A DNA stretch of 63,019 bases from a virus. Lineage: Duplodnaviria > Caudoviricetes. This document shows, in pieces, positions 9,921 to 19,665 of the stretch. The stretch spans positions 1-63,019 of the IMG/VR virus record IMGVR_UViG_3300039668_000014; one strand, written 5' to 3'. The notes below the pieces were generated by a model that was given only the letters and a program-made list of their open reading frames with translations, did no database searches and was not told the origin of the DNA. Position 1 is the first letter of the stretch. Every line of letters begins with the position of its first letter. Both the position numbers and the translations under genes were made by a program.

Positions 9921-10324
9921 CGAACGCCATATCCGCTGATTGGGATAACGCGGCCATTGATAACCACATTACCGGCAATGGTGGGTATGCCGGATAGCCT
10001 TGCGGCGTGCAGGCGAGCCGCTACGACGGGGGGGGGCCCGGCCGGTATCATCCCACATATCGCGCTGGCGACCGCCTGTACGCCCGCCGCTCCCGCAGCA
10101 ATGGCCATGGCACCGGAGGGGTAGAACACCGCCGCAATCGCCTCAATCGAATTGGCGGTGGCAATGAAGCCCGGCAGCAGGCCGCAGCCCTTCGCCAGGA
10201 GGGCGTTGACCTTGTCGACGAAATTCGACCATTCCTGCTGAAACTGGGCGATTTGGGTCGAGGTGCAGCCGGCCATGGCTACCGCAGGGATAGCCAAAAC
10301 GAGCAGTTTACGGCGGTTCATCAT
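9917..10324 (-). CDS. lipoprotein
   Basis: RRK plus hydrophobic stretch and lipobox MAGC. Confidence 0.6.
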   Translation of the reverse strand: MMNRRKLLVLAIPAVAMAGCTSTQIAQFQQEWSNFVDKVNALLAKGCGLLPGFIATANSIEAIAAVFYPSGAMAIAAGAAGVQAVASAICGMIPAGPPPVVAARLHAARLSGIPTIAGNVVINGRVIPISGYGVR

Positions 10325-10836
10325 GAGTTGAACTCCTTGATGTTCTCTTCGGAAAGGAATGGGTTGAGCAAAAGAAGCAGGTCCGCTGGCGTTATCCGGT
10401 TCTTTGCCGGAATCAATGTATATGGGAAAAAGTGGCTAGCCTCTAGCGCCCAAGCTATAAATTCTGAACAAAACCAAGCGCCGTGGTCGCGCCAGTCACG
10501 TTTAGGCGCATGCCCCATATCCTCGAGGAAATTATACAAGGCGGAGTTGTCAAACGGCTTGCCAATCTGTTTCCGAGCCAAATCAATAATTGCATCCGCA
10601 CCCCCGGTGTGTAATCGGGCGGTCTTGGGTGGCTTCAAATAAGGCCACATACCTACCGGCCGCATCTGCACGCCGCCGATATCGTTAATCTCACGGTCTG
10701 AACCGGAAACGCCCAGCAACCCCTCACCGGGCACTACCATGTCGACGTGTGAGAACTCGCTGTGGCAAAGACGGCGGATCACGCCGCTAGTGAACGCAGT
10801 CGAGGTTGAGAACTGGATATGCAGTTCAAGCGCCAA
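10321..10836 (-). CDS. permuted papain-like NlpC/P60 (YiiX/YebB-like) hydrolase
   Basis: FSHVD, QIGKPFD, WFCSEFIAWAL. Confidence 0.8.
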   Translation of the reverse strand: MALELHIQFSTSTAFTSGVIRRLCHSEFSHVDMVVPGEGLLGVSGSDREINDIGGVQMRPVGMWPYLKPPKTARLHTGGADAIIDLARKQIGKPFDNSALYNFLEDMGHAPKRDWRDHGAWFCSEFIAWALEASHFFPYTLIPAKNRITPADLLLLLNPFLSEENIKEFNS

Positions 10837-11008
10837 CGACTTTGCCGGTTTTGTTGTTCAATACCGACCAGACTGCAGCAGCAACGGCAGTAACGGCTGT
10901 GATGATTAGCCCTGCGGTCTCACCGCTGATGATGTTCTTGGCCGCGAAATACCCCACGATTGCCGGGACTATTGCGCGGACGATGCCGGTAAATTGGTCA
11001 TAGTTCAT
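10826..11008 (-). CDS. putative holin (Pam3-gp28-like)
   Basis: 60 aa with two TM segments ending VWSVLNNK; in lysis cluster. Confidence 0.65.
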   Translation of the reverse strand: MNYDQFTGIVRAIVPAIVGYFAAKNIISGETAGLIITAVTAVAAAVWSVLNNKTGKVVGA

Positions 11009-11226
11009 GGTACGGTCCTTGCCTTTTCGGCGGCATCGAGTGCATCGTCGACCATCTGGATGATAACCGCCTTGCCCTCGTCGGAATTGACTTTGTCCGC
11101 CACTGCCTGCTGGTACATGAATGGGAGCCGGGGTAAAAGTTGACCAATGTCGCGCCTTACCACCGCTACGGCGGCATGCTGTTCCGCCGGGCTAACGGAT
11201 TTCAGTCTCATTTTAATTCTCCGCAC
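11005..11226 (-). CDS. hypothetical protein
   Basis: Coupled ORF in the operon. Confidence 0.45.
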   Translation of the reverse strand: MRRIKMRLKSVSPAEQHAAVAVVRRDIGQLLPRLPFMYQQAVADKVNSDEGKAVIIQMVDDALDAAEKARTVP

Positions 11227-11473
11227 GGTGCGACGTGATTAGATTCTGCTCGATCTGCTTGATCTTATGAACTCGGTCTGTTTCGGACTTGTATATCTGC
11301 TGTCGCTCTTCGCTCTCGATCTTCATCTTACTTAGCTCGAACGCATGCTCTGCATCCGTCCTGCTTTGATACTTGGCAATGAAGCCAGTCACAATGATAG
11401 TGATACCGCCACCAAGCCCAATCAGCACTGCGGCGGCTGGCACGTCCACACTGCCAACTAACCATGAAAGCAT
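11213..11473 (-). CDS. single-TM membrane protein
   Basis: N-terminal TM with charged tail. Confidence 0.55.
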   Translation of the reverse strand: MLSWLVGSVDVPAAAVLIGLGGGITIIVTGFIAKYQSRTDAEHAFELSKMKIESEERQQIYKSETDRVHKIKQIEQNLITSHRAEN

Positions 11474-11474
11474 T

Positions 11475-12002
11475 TTAGTCTCCCGGTTTAGCGATCACGC
11501 GCTCGATCTCGGCTAAGAACATTGCCTGTGACCGCTCGGTCTCGCCGGGGTGCATGTCATAGCGCGCTGATAAATACAGATTTGTGCGATGGTTGTGCGG
11601 GGCCAGAACCCATTGATAATGACCAAGACCCAAAGTTCCTGGCCATGCTGGGTTGTAGACCTCATGGGCAAACAGAACATTGGCTGGAATGGGGACCTTG
11701 GCACCGTACTCCGATGCCTGAAAGCCCCACATGCCGTGAATGGTTCTGTGCGACGTATAGGCCGCGACGACTGTGGCATTATTTGCCCCGAGTGATGAAC
11801 CCCAAAGCAATAATACCGCGTCTCCAGGGGCCGCATTAAAGTCGGCGACAATCTGGTTAACATCGTAATGGTTATAGGGTGATAATCCGACATCCACACC
11901 GAGCGCCGCCACTTTGGCAGAAAACTCCCGCTCGCCGGGGTCCGTCACCGGACCAAATTGCCCATACATCCCTCGTCCGATAACTGGTCTGGTCATTGGC
12001 AT
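11475..12002 (-). CDS. alpha/beta-hydrolase-like protein
   Basis: LLWGSSLGAN GxSxG nucleophile elbow; late DMHP His. Confidence 0.5.
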   Translation of the reverse strand: MPMTRPVIGRGMYGQFGPVTDPGEREFSAKVAALGVDVGLSPYNHYDVNQIVADFNAAPGDAVLLLWGSSLGANNATVVAAYTSHRTIHGMWGFQASEYGAKVPIPANVLFAHEVYNPAWPGTLGLGHYQWVLAPHNHRTNLYLSARYDMHPGETERSQAMFLAEIERVIAKPGD

Positions 12003-12199
12003 ACCATCGTCTGCGTTGGCGTCGAAGTCCAGATCGTGGTCACAGTCGGAGAAGGAGAAATTGTAGTACCCGGCGGCCATGGCGGCGGCCAGTACGGAAC
12101 AGTAGGCGAAGTCGGCCAATATGGTCCGGCATTATGCCTTCCGCATGTTGGACAATAACCACAATTTGGACAGGGGGATGGGTTAAGTGGATAGTTCAT
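11993..12199 (-). CDS. small Cys/Pro-rich protein
   Basis: CPNCGYCPTCG; ATGA-coupled to lysozyme stop. Confidence 0.45.
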   Translation of the reverse strand: MNYPLNPSPCPNCGYCPTCGRHNAGPYWPTSPTVPYWPPPWPPGTTISPSPTVTTIWTSTPTQTMVCQ

Positions 12200-12663
12200 C
12201 GTTTTTTCCTTCGCTTCGAGCCCAGGGCAGAGATAAAGAACAATCGACTTTCCGCGGCGCGGCGGCGAACCAAGCCAGTCAATACTCGCCCGCCCGCGTG
12301 TACCCACATCATGAAGTCGTCATGCACGTGACCTAGCCGCCGAGCGTTGATGTCACGCAGCAGGCTCGATCTGTGCAGAGCGCCAGTATTGAAATCAAAG
12401 CTTACCAGGGCATCGAACTGATTCTGATTGATGGGATAGCTTACCACACGATTGACCTCGTTTTCCACTGAATGCAGGTCGGCGGAAAGAATATCGTCGG
12501 CCTGCTGTGCCGTTATGCGCTGACCGGGATAGACCCGAGGCGGACCCGCAGCTGTCGTGTGACCATAGCCGATTGTCCAGACCCCAGTGCCGTCATTGTA
12601 GGCGTGCAGGTTTAAGCCTTCCCAGCCTTCAATGAACTTGCGGCCATTGTCCGAGGTTTTCAC
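12196..12663 (-). CDS. endolysin, GH24 lysozyme
   Basis: EGLNLHAYNDGTGVWTIGYGHT, NQNQFDALVSFDFNTG, GLVRRRAAE. Confidence 0.95.
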   Translation of the reverse strand: MKTSDNGRKFIEGWEGLNLHAYNDGTGVWTIGYGHTTAAGPPRVYPGQRITAQQADDILSADLHSVENEVNRVVSYPINQNQFDALVSFDFNTGALHRSSLLRDINARRLGHVHDDFMMWVHAGGRVLTGLVRRRAAESRLFFISALGSKRRKKR

Positions 12664-12965
12664 GACGACGGCAGCACAAAGACGCAATAGCCGACGATAT
12701 TAGTATTGGGGATACCACGATAGGTCATGGGGCTAGTGCAGACATGGCAGGAAGCGTCCAGCGTCGGTTTTATCGCCCGATGTCTAAAGGTTATGCCGTG
12801 CCACTCAATTCCATCTTTGGTTTCTACCAATTCGTCGCAAGGAACCGGACGGCAATCGGAACCACCACAGCATTCGGGTGGGTATGCCATGCCACTTGGG
12901 GCATTGTGGGCATTGACGGCTGTTGACCACAACAGAAGCGGGACAATTAGCCGGGATAGTTGCAC
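12660..12965 (-). CDS. secreted Cys-rich protein
   Basis: Signal peptide plus YPPECCGGSDCRPVPC...CHVC...YCVF. Confidence 0.6.
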   Translation of the reverse strand: MQLSRLIVPLLLWSTAVNAHNAPSGMAYPPECCGGSDCRPVPCDELVETKDGIEWHGITFRHRAIKPTLDASCHVCTSPMTYRGIPNTNIVGYCVFVLPSS

Positions 12966-14554
12966 TGCAGAACCATGTTCGTCGGCGACCCGGCAAAAGC
13001 ACCGCCTTGGCCATTGGTACTCTCAACAGAGGTAAATGTAGTAATCCCTAGCGGGGATGTTGCGTAATTCGTAGCCACCATATTACCGCCATTGGCTTCA
13101 TTTGCTGCGCCGGTAAGTGAAAGGAATCCCTGCGTTCCTCCCGTCGGGGTAATGTTGCCGATGTTGAGCGCAATTCCTGTGCTCAATAGGGTAAGACTGG
13201 TATTAGCGCTGTTTTTCATTACGTTCTGAATAAAGATGCAAGGAACTTGCTGTTCTGGGAGTCCCGTCAACGTCGTAACGGCATTACCGGGGGTCGAATT
13301 ACTTGCGCGCCAACCCACACTGCTGTCGGTATAAGTAACTGTCGGGTCACCGGCCTGGAGTCTCAGCGGTTGACGATTATAGGCGTTCCAGACGCTCCAT
13401 GTGCGGTTTTGGCCCCATGATACATAGTTCGATACTTGTCCCGCGGTCTGATCAATAAAGATTGAGCCGACATAGGTCGCCTGATTAGCGGAAACTGTAT
13501 AAGAATTGGCGCCATTATTGCCGGTAATTTGCACTGCATTGACCCATAATCCACTCACACGCTGCAACTGCGTAGTGCCGGCGCCAGTGCCGCGCGCTCC
13601 AGTTCCGGCTGCCGAACTGGTCCAAGCTGGGCCAGTCACCAAAACCGGTGTACCGCTATTGGAGAATATGAAGACATCGTAAATGGTGTGGCCAAGATTA
13701 CTGGCCGATAGAGCCAAGGTCAGCTGCGATATGGCGAATATCGTATAGCCGGTGCCGTTCCAAATCGGGACCGCATTGCCCACATACGGCGTATAATACA
13801 CGTTCGTTGAAGCAAGCGTGTCGGCGGTGATGATTGGGTTTGATGAATCGCTGCTTAACGTAAGATAGCCCTGCGGCTGCGGGACTGCGGTGGTAACGAC
13901 GCCGCCGCTAGTCGCGGGTGCGCATGGCGTTAATAGCAGAAACGCCGCAGCGCTCGAAGAATAGACCACGCTAACCGGATTGGTGGCGGTAATGCAGCCG
14001 CTGGTCAACGCAATCGGTCCAGTGCCGCTTTGCGCCTTAACGGCGATGGCGCCGCCACCGGAGACACTGAGCGTGGTCGAGGCGGTATTGGTATTGAGTG
14101 CAATGAAATTGATAACGCTGCCGTCGGTGCTATTAAAGCCGGCGTCGGTTACGGTGATGGCGTTTGGCGTGCCGCCCGAGGTGCCAGCCCAGAATACGGC
14201 ATTCTGCGCCGATGTGTCGGTAGTGATGACGTCGTATAGCAACGTACCGGTAGTAACGCCGCCGACCACCGGGCCGGTATAAATCTGCTGCCGATATGAA
14301 CCCGTGCCGTAGATGACGGCGCAGCCGTTGGCATCAAGCTGGATGGGGTTGGTGTTCAGCGTGACTTGGCCGCTGTCCTGCCAAGTATTCTTTGCCGTGG
14401 TCGTGCTCGGGATGAACATATTCACCGAACCGGACGAGACCGGCCCAGTGGCCTGTTGAAAGCAGGTCTCCCCTGGAGGCAAAATTGTGGTTGCGGCTTG
14501 CGCCGGCCACGCCAATAATGCCAGTAAAAGACTAGCCGCGGCGCGTATAAGCAT
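12947..14554 (-). CDS. tail fibre/appendage protein with virion-binding N-domain and apparent signal peptide
   Basis: TTTAKNTWQD...NTNPIQLDANG resembles podovirus fibre head-binding domains; follows the ejection genes; begins LLLALLAWPAQA. Confidence 0.65.
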   Translation of the reverse strand: MLIRAAASLLLALLAWPAQAATTILPPGETCFQQATGPVSSGSVNMFIPSTTTAKNTWQDSGQVTLNTNPIQLDANGCAVIYGTGSYRQQIYTGPVVGGVTTGTLLYDVITTDTSAQNAVFWAGTSGGTPNAITVTDAGFNSTDGSVINFIALNTNTASTTLSVSGGGAIAVKAQSGTGPIALTSGCITATNPVSVVYSSSAAAFLLLTPCAPATSGGVVTTAVPQPQGYLTLSSDSSNPIITADTLASTNVYYTPYVGNAVPIWNGTGYTIFAISQLTLALSASNLGHTIYDVFIFSNSGTPVLVTGPAWTSSAAGTGARGTGAGTTQLQRVSGLWVNAVQITGNNGANSYTVSANQATYVGSIFIDQTAGQVSNYVSWGQNRTWSVWNAYNRQPLRLQAGDPTVTYTDSSVGWRASNSTPGNAVTTLTGLPEQQVPCIFIQNVMKNSANTSLTLLSTGIALNIGNITPTGGTQGFLSLTGAANEANGGNMVATNYATSPLGITTFTSVESTNGQGGAFAGSPTNMVLQCNYPG

Positions 14555-14963
14555 AATTATGCCGTATGTTCTGGTTGAAGTATCGGCCTTTGCTATCGGC
14601 ATCGCAGAATGCCTGATAGCGTTGGTTCGATACGTTGAAGTAGTCATAAGTGCGGCCGGAATTGAATTTGACGGTCATTCGCCCGAGGGCGTTGTTATAA
14701 GCCACATCGGCAATGGCGCTGCTGTTAACATTGTCGCAATGCTGTGAGCCCTTGAGATAGCTGGGCCCCATGGGGAAGTCTTGGGCGACCCGCCGCCGTT
14801 GCATCTCCAGTTTGGCCGACGCTTGGTGCAGGAACCGAGTGAGGGGGTCGGCCCAGACATTGCTCTTGACGCCTGGTTGCTGCGGCTTGAGACCGGCAAC
14901 GGTTTCGAGCCCCTTGACCTTGCGGACGTGGCCGACCTTCTGGACGCGGGGGACGCGAGCCAT
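14532..14963 (-). CDS. KTSC-domain protein
   Basis: VNSSAIADVAYN...VKFNSGRTYDYFNVS...ADSKGRYFNQNIR. Confidence 0.8.
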   Translation of the reverse strand: MARVPRVQKVGHVRKVKGLETVAGLKPQQPGVKSNVWADPLTRFLHQASAKLEMQRRRVAQDFPMGPSYLKGSQHCDNVNSSAIADVAYNNALGRMTVKFNSGRTYDYFNVSNQRYQAFCDADSKGRYFNQNIRHNYAYTRRG

Positions 14964-15841
14964 CAGGGCGTTTCTCTCATGGAACTACCAACCCTATTCA
15001 CAAAGTCCATGAGTTTGGCTCCCGCTTCTGGTCCGACAGCTTGGGAAGCTAGAGCACCCGCAAGACCATAACCGGAACCTATAAGAAGATGCTTCGTCGC
15101 CGAAGGAATCCCTTTGGTTATCAATGATTTTAGTACCTTTGCGGCACCAAGCGCAGCGCCGGGGCCACCAAGAATCCCCGCCATGTTGGCCAAGGTTTCA
15201 CTGCTGGGGCCTACCTCATTCAGAGGCCTTTCCATTGCTGGAGCATTGTACTTTTGCTGCGGCAATTCCTCAAACTCACCGGCCACCCTGGCGTTTGGCG
15301 AACCCAGTGCTGGTTCGCTTTGTGCGGGTTGTGTGGGTTTAGCTGGCTGTTCGAATTGTGACAGGAAATCGGGCTCAGACGCGCCTTTTCCCGCTGGTTT
15401 CTCAAATTGAGACAAGAAATCGCTACCGCTATCGGATTGTGCGGCCCCACCATAGAACTTGGTTTGACCGATTTGCTGCGCTGTCTTGCCCTTGGTCCAT
15501 TTGGGCGGCGGATCCATGCTGGCGGCATGGAAGTTAGTGGCACCACCAGTCGGGTCGGCAATGCTGCCAGATGCTAGGCCATCCACGATATTGCGTGCGT
15601 CGGCATAATCGTCGGCCGCATAGCGATAAAAACCGCCCTTCTTGTTCTGGGTCGCCGCGAACTGCTTAGGCTGGAATACGACACCTTTGACCGAATCCGC
15701 ATACCCCGGCTGGCCAACACGATTCAAAGCAGTGGCAACCACTCCGGCCCGTTCTTGCGGGTCGGAACTCGCCTCGCCAAGCGCAAGCCGCGTCAGCAGG
15801 GCGCGATCATCGTTAGATAGGGTTGAAGTTGACCCATCCAC
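14963..15841 (-). CDS. virion-associated cell wall hydrolase (SleB/Hydrolase_2-like)
   Basis: LALGEA, VALNRV-like ATALNRV, VVFQPKQF, DPTGGATNFHA, PKW. Confidence 0.8.
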   Translation of the reverse strand: MDGSTSTLSNDDRALLTRLALGEASSDPQERAGVVATALNRVGQPGYADSVKGVVFQPKQFAATQNKKGGFYRYAADDYADARNIVDGLASGSIADPTGGATNFHAASMDPPPKWTKGKTAQQIGQTKFYGGAAQSDSGSDFLSQFEKPAGKGASEPDFLSQFEQPAKPTQPAQSEPALGSPNARVAGEFEELPQQKYNAPAMERPLNEVGPSSETLANMAGILGGPGAALGAAKVLKSLITKGIPSATKHLLIGSGYGLAGALASQAVGPEAGAKLMDFVNRVGSSMRETP

Positions 15842-17120
15842 GTTTTTGATAATCCTCTGCGTGCTGATTCAGGGTCTTGCGCTGGGCGTCGGTCATTTGC
15901 TTGCGAAACTCAACCCGCTCATCCTGAGACATCTTTGCGTATTGGAATACTCTGGGGTCAAATTGTTTGATGTCGACGGTCGACCCTGGCTCTTTGCCGT
16001 TAAGCCAAGAGAGATATCGCCCTTCTTGCCCCTGGTTCGCGCTGATCCAATTTTCCCATTCGCTGGCAATACGGCCTTCCGCATCATTGGTCCCTTGTAA
16101 ATAGTGAGTCATGCCAGCGCGTCCCAGCTTCGACAGATCCAATTGCGGGTTGGCACCATAAGCATTGTGCAAAAAGGCATCGCTTGGATGGCTGCTGGTT
16201 GCCATCTGCGATGTAATCATATTGGCAATTTTGTTATAACCTTCGGCACTTGCCAAATCTTTTGCCGCGGGACTGTTCTCATTGCCGAATGCGCGTTGCC
16301 AAAGCTGCTTCAGGCGCTTTTCGATGTCTGCCGTTGGCGCACTGATTTCGGTTGCTTTGCCAAGTTCATCCAGGGTTTGCAGCATTGCGGTGGTCTGGGC
16401 ACGACGCGGCCCTCCCCCTAGCAAGTCCGCCGCCATATCTCCCGAAGTCTTGATTGTGGTGGCAGTTGCACTGGGAACAGTAGACATGGCCCTGCCAGTG
16501 CCAGGGGCCGTAAGAACATCGTTAGTGCCTGGTGCGGCTTGCAACCCGCGTTGCATAAGCGCCTTTTCTGTCGGTGACACCGGCACCGGCTCGCCGCCTC
16601 TACCAGCCACTGTATCCATAGCTGGCGGCTGACCGCCAGTCAGCGTTGATTGCCAACCAACAAGAGCCCTTTGCAGGTTCTTCCGATCAGTTTGCCTATT
16701 CCCGCTTGGCGGCGGCAAGGAACTTAGGAAGTTTGCCGCTTGGTCGGCGGGGACACCACCCTGAACGGCATTCATGACAAGATTGGTAACCTTATCATGA
16801 TTAAGGTCGGCGTCGTCAGCATGGTAAGCAACCATGTCCGCTGTTCGGCGCAATTGTTCCATCTTGGTGCCGGTTACAGCACCGCTGGCGTGCGCGAGTT
16901 GACCGGCTAACTCTGGCGTCATGAAGCCAGGTGCGTCGGGCCGCATAAGCATTTTCGATGCAGCGTTGAGATCGCCACCGCTGGCGCGTATGGCATCGGA
17001 CACGGCAGACTGGGTTTGCAATGCGCGCGACGATTGCACCAAACTCATTAACCCCGGCAAGGTCATGCCGCCAAGGCCTTCGTGCTGATAAATTGAGGTG
17101 TCGGGCGATAGATCAGGCAC
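15813..17120 (-). CDS. putative DNA ejection/internal virion protein
   Basis: Position after gp10-like gene; Ala/Gln-rich helical sequence. Confidence 0.55.
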   Translation of the reverse strand: MPDLSPDTSIYQHEGLGGMTLPGLMSLVQSSRALQTQSAVSDAIRASGGDLNAASKMLMRPDAPGFMTPELAGQLAHASGAVTGTKMEQLRRTADMVAYHADDADLNHDKVTNLVMNAVQGGVPADQAANFLSSLPPPSGNRQTDRKNLQRALVGWQSTLTGGQPPAMDTVAGRGGEPVPVSPTEKALMQRGLQAAPGTNDVLTAPGTGRAMSTVPSATATTIKTSGDMAADLLGGGPRRAQTTAMLQTLDELGKATEISAPTADIEKRLKQLWQRAFGNENSPAAKDLASAEGYNKIANMITSQMATSSHPSDAFLHNAYGANPQLDLSKLGRAGMTHYLQGTNDAEGRIASEWENWISANQGQEGRYLSWLNGKEPGSTVDIKQFDPRVFQYAKMSQDERVEFRKQMTDAQRKTLNQHAEDYQKRGWVNFNPI

Positions 17121-17673
17121 GGATTGGTATTCCTTTAGTCGGTTGCGCCGAACGCTTCGGGGCCGCCTTCAGCCGTTTAACCGCGCCAGAGACCAAGGCG
17201 GAGCGATCCTGATCCGATGGGGCCATTTCTTGCTCTTGCTGTTGTCCAGCGACGGCATGATGCTGCAGCAACATCAGCATTGCCTTATCGTTCTTCTGTA
17301 CATGTTCCTCGATCCATTGTTTCTGTTCCAGCGGATCTGTGGGCAGCGTCTTTAGTTGCCCCATGACATCGGGCAGTGAAGCGTAATCGTCGCTGAGCGC
17401 ATCGGCCATCAATTCGTAGACCTCTGACCGCATGTTCCTGGTGCCGGCTTCCGGGTCCTTCAACATGGCGGCCCAGCGTTGGCGGAAGAAATTCATATGT
17501 TGCAACAGCGCCGCAGTTTCTTGGCGCGACGGTCCTTGCTGCGCACCTTGCTGCCCGCCACCGCCCTGAACAAGACCCTGCAATCCCGACGCCTGGTCAG
17601 TGCCGCTAGTGCCTTGCACCGCGGGTGGCTGCGTGTTGCCGGGTTGGGTGACGAGTGAGTTGAGTGCTGGCAT
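17113..17673 (-). CDS. hypothetical virion protein
   Basis: Coupled ORF in the ejection cluster. Confidence 0.5.
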   Translation of the reverse strand: MPALNSLVTQPGNTQPPAVQGTSGTDQASGLQGLVQGGGGQQGAQQGPSRQETAALLQHMNFFRQRWAAMLKDPEAGTRNMRSEVYELMADALSDDYASLPDVMGQLKTLPTDPLEQKQWIEEHVQKNDKAMLMLLQHHAVAGQQQEQEMAPSDQDRSALVSGAVKRLKAAPKRSAQPTKGIPIRA

Positions 17674-17676
17674 CTT

Positions 17677-18354
17677 CTACTGCTGGGGAAGGAGACTTGT
17701 GCCTGGGGGCAGGCTGGGATTGGCATTTGCAACTTGCTGAGTTTGCTGCCAATCCGACCCGAATCCACCGCCGCGTAGCGCATTGAACAGCAATGCATTA
17801 CTGAGATTATTGCCGACACCTCCCGCAGCGCCAGCCAGAACATTGCCTTGGCCGAGCGCCAGCTGTGCCTGGCTTTGTGCGCCACCCGTAATAGTATTCG
17901 AAATCTGATTCCCCGCATTGCCAGCCGCTTGAGCACCTGTTCCGTAGAGCTGGACTAACGGATTGGTGAGTGTCGAGAATTGCTGTCCGGCCAATTGGCT
18001 CTTAAGAGTACCGCCCGCTACTGCCGTGCTGCCGGAAATCCCAGTCTTGCCCGCCCCCGCAGAAATACCATAATCGGCCATTTGACTGGCAAATTGGGCC
18101 CCCGGCAGCGACTGGAATGCCTGGTTTTGATTTGGCCCTGGCGTCAGCAGGCTCTGTAATGTCGGCTGCAAGCCTTGGCTGAAGTTCACAAATGGCGTTT
18201 CCAGCTTGTTGATGGCGCCAATTGCCTGCTGCTGTCCCTGCAAGACGTTCTGCGAGGCATTCTGTATGGCTTGCGACTGTTGACTGGCGCCGTATATCGC
18301 GGCACCAGCCCCGATAACCGCTGAACCGGCAATTGCGGTAGCTACGAAAGACAT
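17677..18354 (-). CDS. DNA transfer/pilot protein (P22 gp7-like)
   Basis: Gly/Ala/Gln-rich with hydrophobic N-terminus; LPGAQF; synteny. Confidence 0.65.
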   Translation of the reverse strand: MSFVATAIAGSAVIGAGAAIYGASQQSQAIQNASQNVLQGQQQAIGAINKLETPFVNFSQGLQPTLQSLLTPGPNQNQAFQSLPGAQFASQMADYGISAGAGKTGISGSTAVAGGTLKSQLAGQQFSTLTNPLVQLYGTGAQAAGNAGNQISNTITGGAQSQAQLALGQGNVLAGAAGGVGNNLSNALLFNALRGGGFGSDWQQTQQVANANPSLPPGTSLLPQQ

Positions 18355-18815
18355 GGTCGCGCCATATCGGTCAAGAACTCTTGATATTCTTGCTCGGTAT
18401 CACACGACAGATCGCGTTCAATTTCATCGGCATCGGTCTTGAAGGTACCGTGCGCAGTTATGAATATCGAATCCTCCAATGCTCGGCCGACCCGCTTGAT
18501 GCCGGCAGGAGATACCATGACCCTTGGGGCGGCGATCTTGACGATTTCACCATCAACTAGCAGTTCCATCTTACCCTTGCTGAGCAATGCCAGACATGGA
18601 TATTTATGGATCTTGCCGACCACAATCATGTCTTTTGGAATATGCAATTCGCGCATATAGACGCCATAGGCGAAGTGATGCCGCACCGTGAAATCCTTGG
18701 CCGTCAGGTGCGCCGGGTGCTCCATTATCCTTTTTTCAAAGTTGACGACATCGGCGCGAGTAATCGCCTTTGCCGTCAGTGCCCTTTCTAATATCGCTAC
18801 GCTTAATTCATTCAT
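18342..18815 (-). CDS. cupin-like phage protein
   Basis: HHFAYGVYMRELHIP...VGKIHK...SPAGIKR...ITAH. Confidence 0.65.
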   Translation of the reverse strand: MNELSVAILERALTAKAITRADVVNFEKRIMEHPAHLTAKDFTVRHHFAYGVYMRELHIPKDMIVVGKIHKYPCLALLSKGKMELLVDGEIVKIAAPRVMVSPAGIKRVGRALEDSIFITAHGTFKTDADEIERDLSCDTEQEYQEFLTDMARPCLS

Positions 18816-19207
18816 TCATAAGCCTTTACTATGACGTCAAGGATGATAGCGTCGTCGCCGGATTTGTTGATCAATACCGCCTCTTCGCTCGCCAGCCACC
18901 ACACTTCACCAGCATTGAATGGCGGGCATTCATCGCCAATCATGCACAGCAGCTGCCCGGAGAGAACCGAGACATAGCGCTGCTCGGGGGTCGCCACCAA
19001 CACCATCTTGGCGTTGTGCTCGACACGGTGCAAGGAGGCGTCGACCAGCTCTAGACCGTTGTTGACCTGCATAATACCTAGCGCCATTTTCTTGGCATCA
19101 TGGGGCAGCGGCGCTCCTGAAGCAAAGACCGCTTCCTGATTGCGCATGATTTCAGTCATTAACGGCAGATTGAATTGCCCTTGCAGAACTCGCCAGAACG
19201 ATCGCAT
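18812..19207 (-). CDS. degenerate cupin/hydroxylase-like protein
   Basis: AGEVWW...INKSGDDAIILDV; metal ligands not evident. Confidence 0.4.
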   Translation of the reverse strand: MRSFWRVLQGQFNLPLMTEIMRNQEAVFASGAPLPHDAKKMALGIMQVNNGLELVDASLHRVEHNAKMVLVATPEQRYVSVLSGQLLCMIGDECPPFNAGEVWWLASEEAVLINKSGDDAIILDVIVKAYE

Positions 19208-19212
19208 GTCAT

Positions 19213-19665
19213 TTACCCCAATGTTATGGTCTTGTAGAATGTGCCTCCGGTGCCAGACAAAAGGCTCGGCACCCAGAATATCTGCATCGTACCTGCCGCC
19301 AGAACATAAGGCGCATTGACCGCCAATGCATTGATTTGTCCCTTTGACGCCGGGTAGACATTCAAATTGCCGCTGGTCGCATTATGAACCCAATGCAATT
19401 GTCCCGGCTGCAGGCCTTTCATGACAACGCCGCCCGAGCCTTGCGTCACATGATTGAAATCGTCGGTCAGCAATGTTGCGCTGGCTTGGTTTATACCGGC
19501 CGCCGTCACCGCCCCCTTGCTCGAGTTTGGAATGCCGCTGGCGCCGCCAGTGCGCTGGAACAGTGACTGCAGGAAGAACGAACCCTCGTTATTGAGCGAA
19601 CCATCGCCTTTGGTCAATTTAAGCTTGTTGGCAATGAACTGGTGCGGATTGAGCGGTATGACCAT
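19213..19665 (-). CDS. hypothetical virion protein
   Basis: Coupled to the gp10-like stop. Confidence 0.55.
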   Translation of the reverse strand: MVIPLNPHQFIANKLKLTKGDGSLNNEGSFFLQSLFQRTGGASGIPNSSKGAVTAAGINQASATLLTDDFNHVTQGSGGVVMKGLQPGQLHWVHNATSGNLNVYPASKGQINALAVNAPYVLAAGTMQIFWVPSLLSGTGGTFYKTITLG

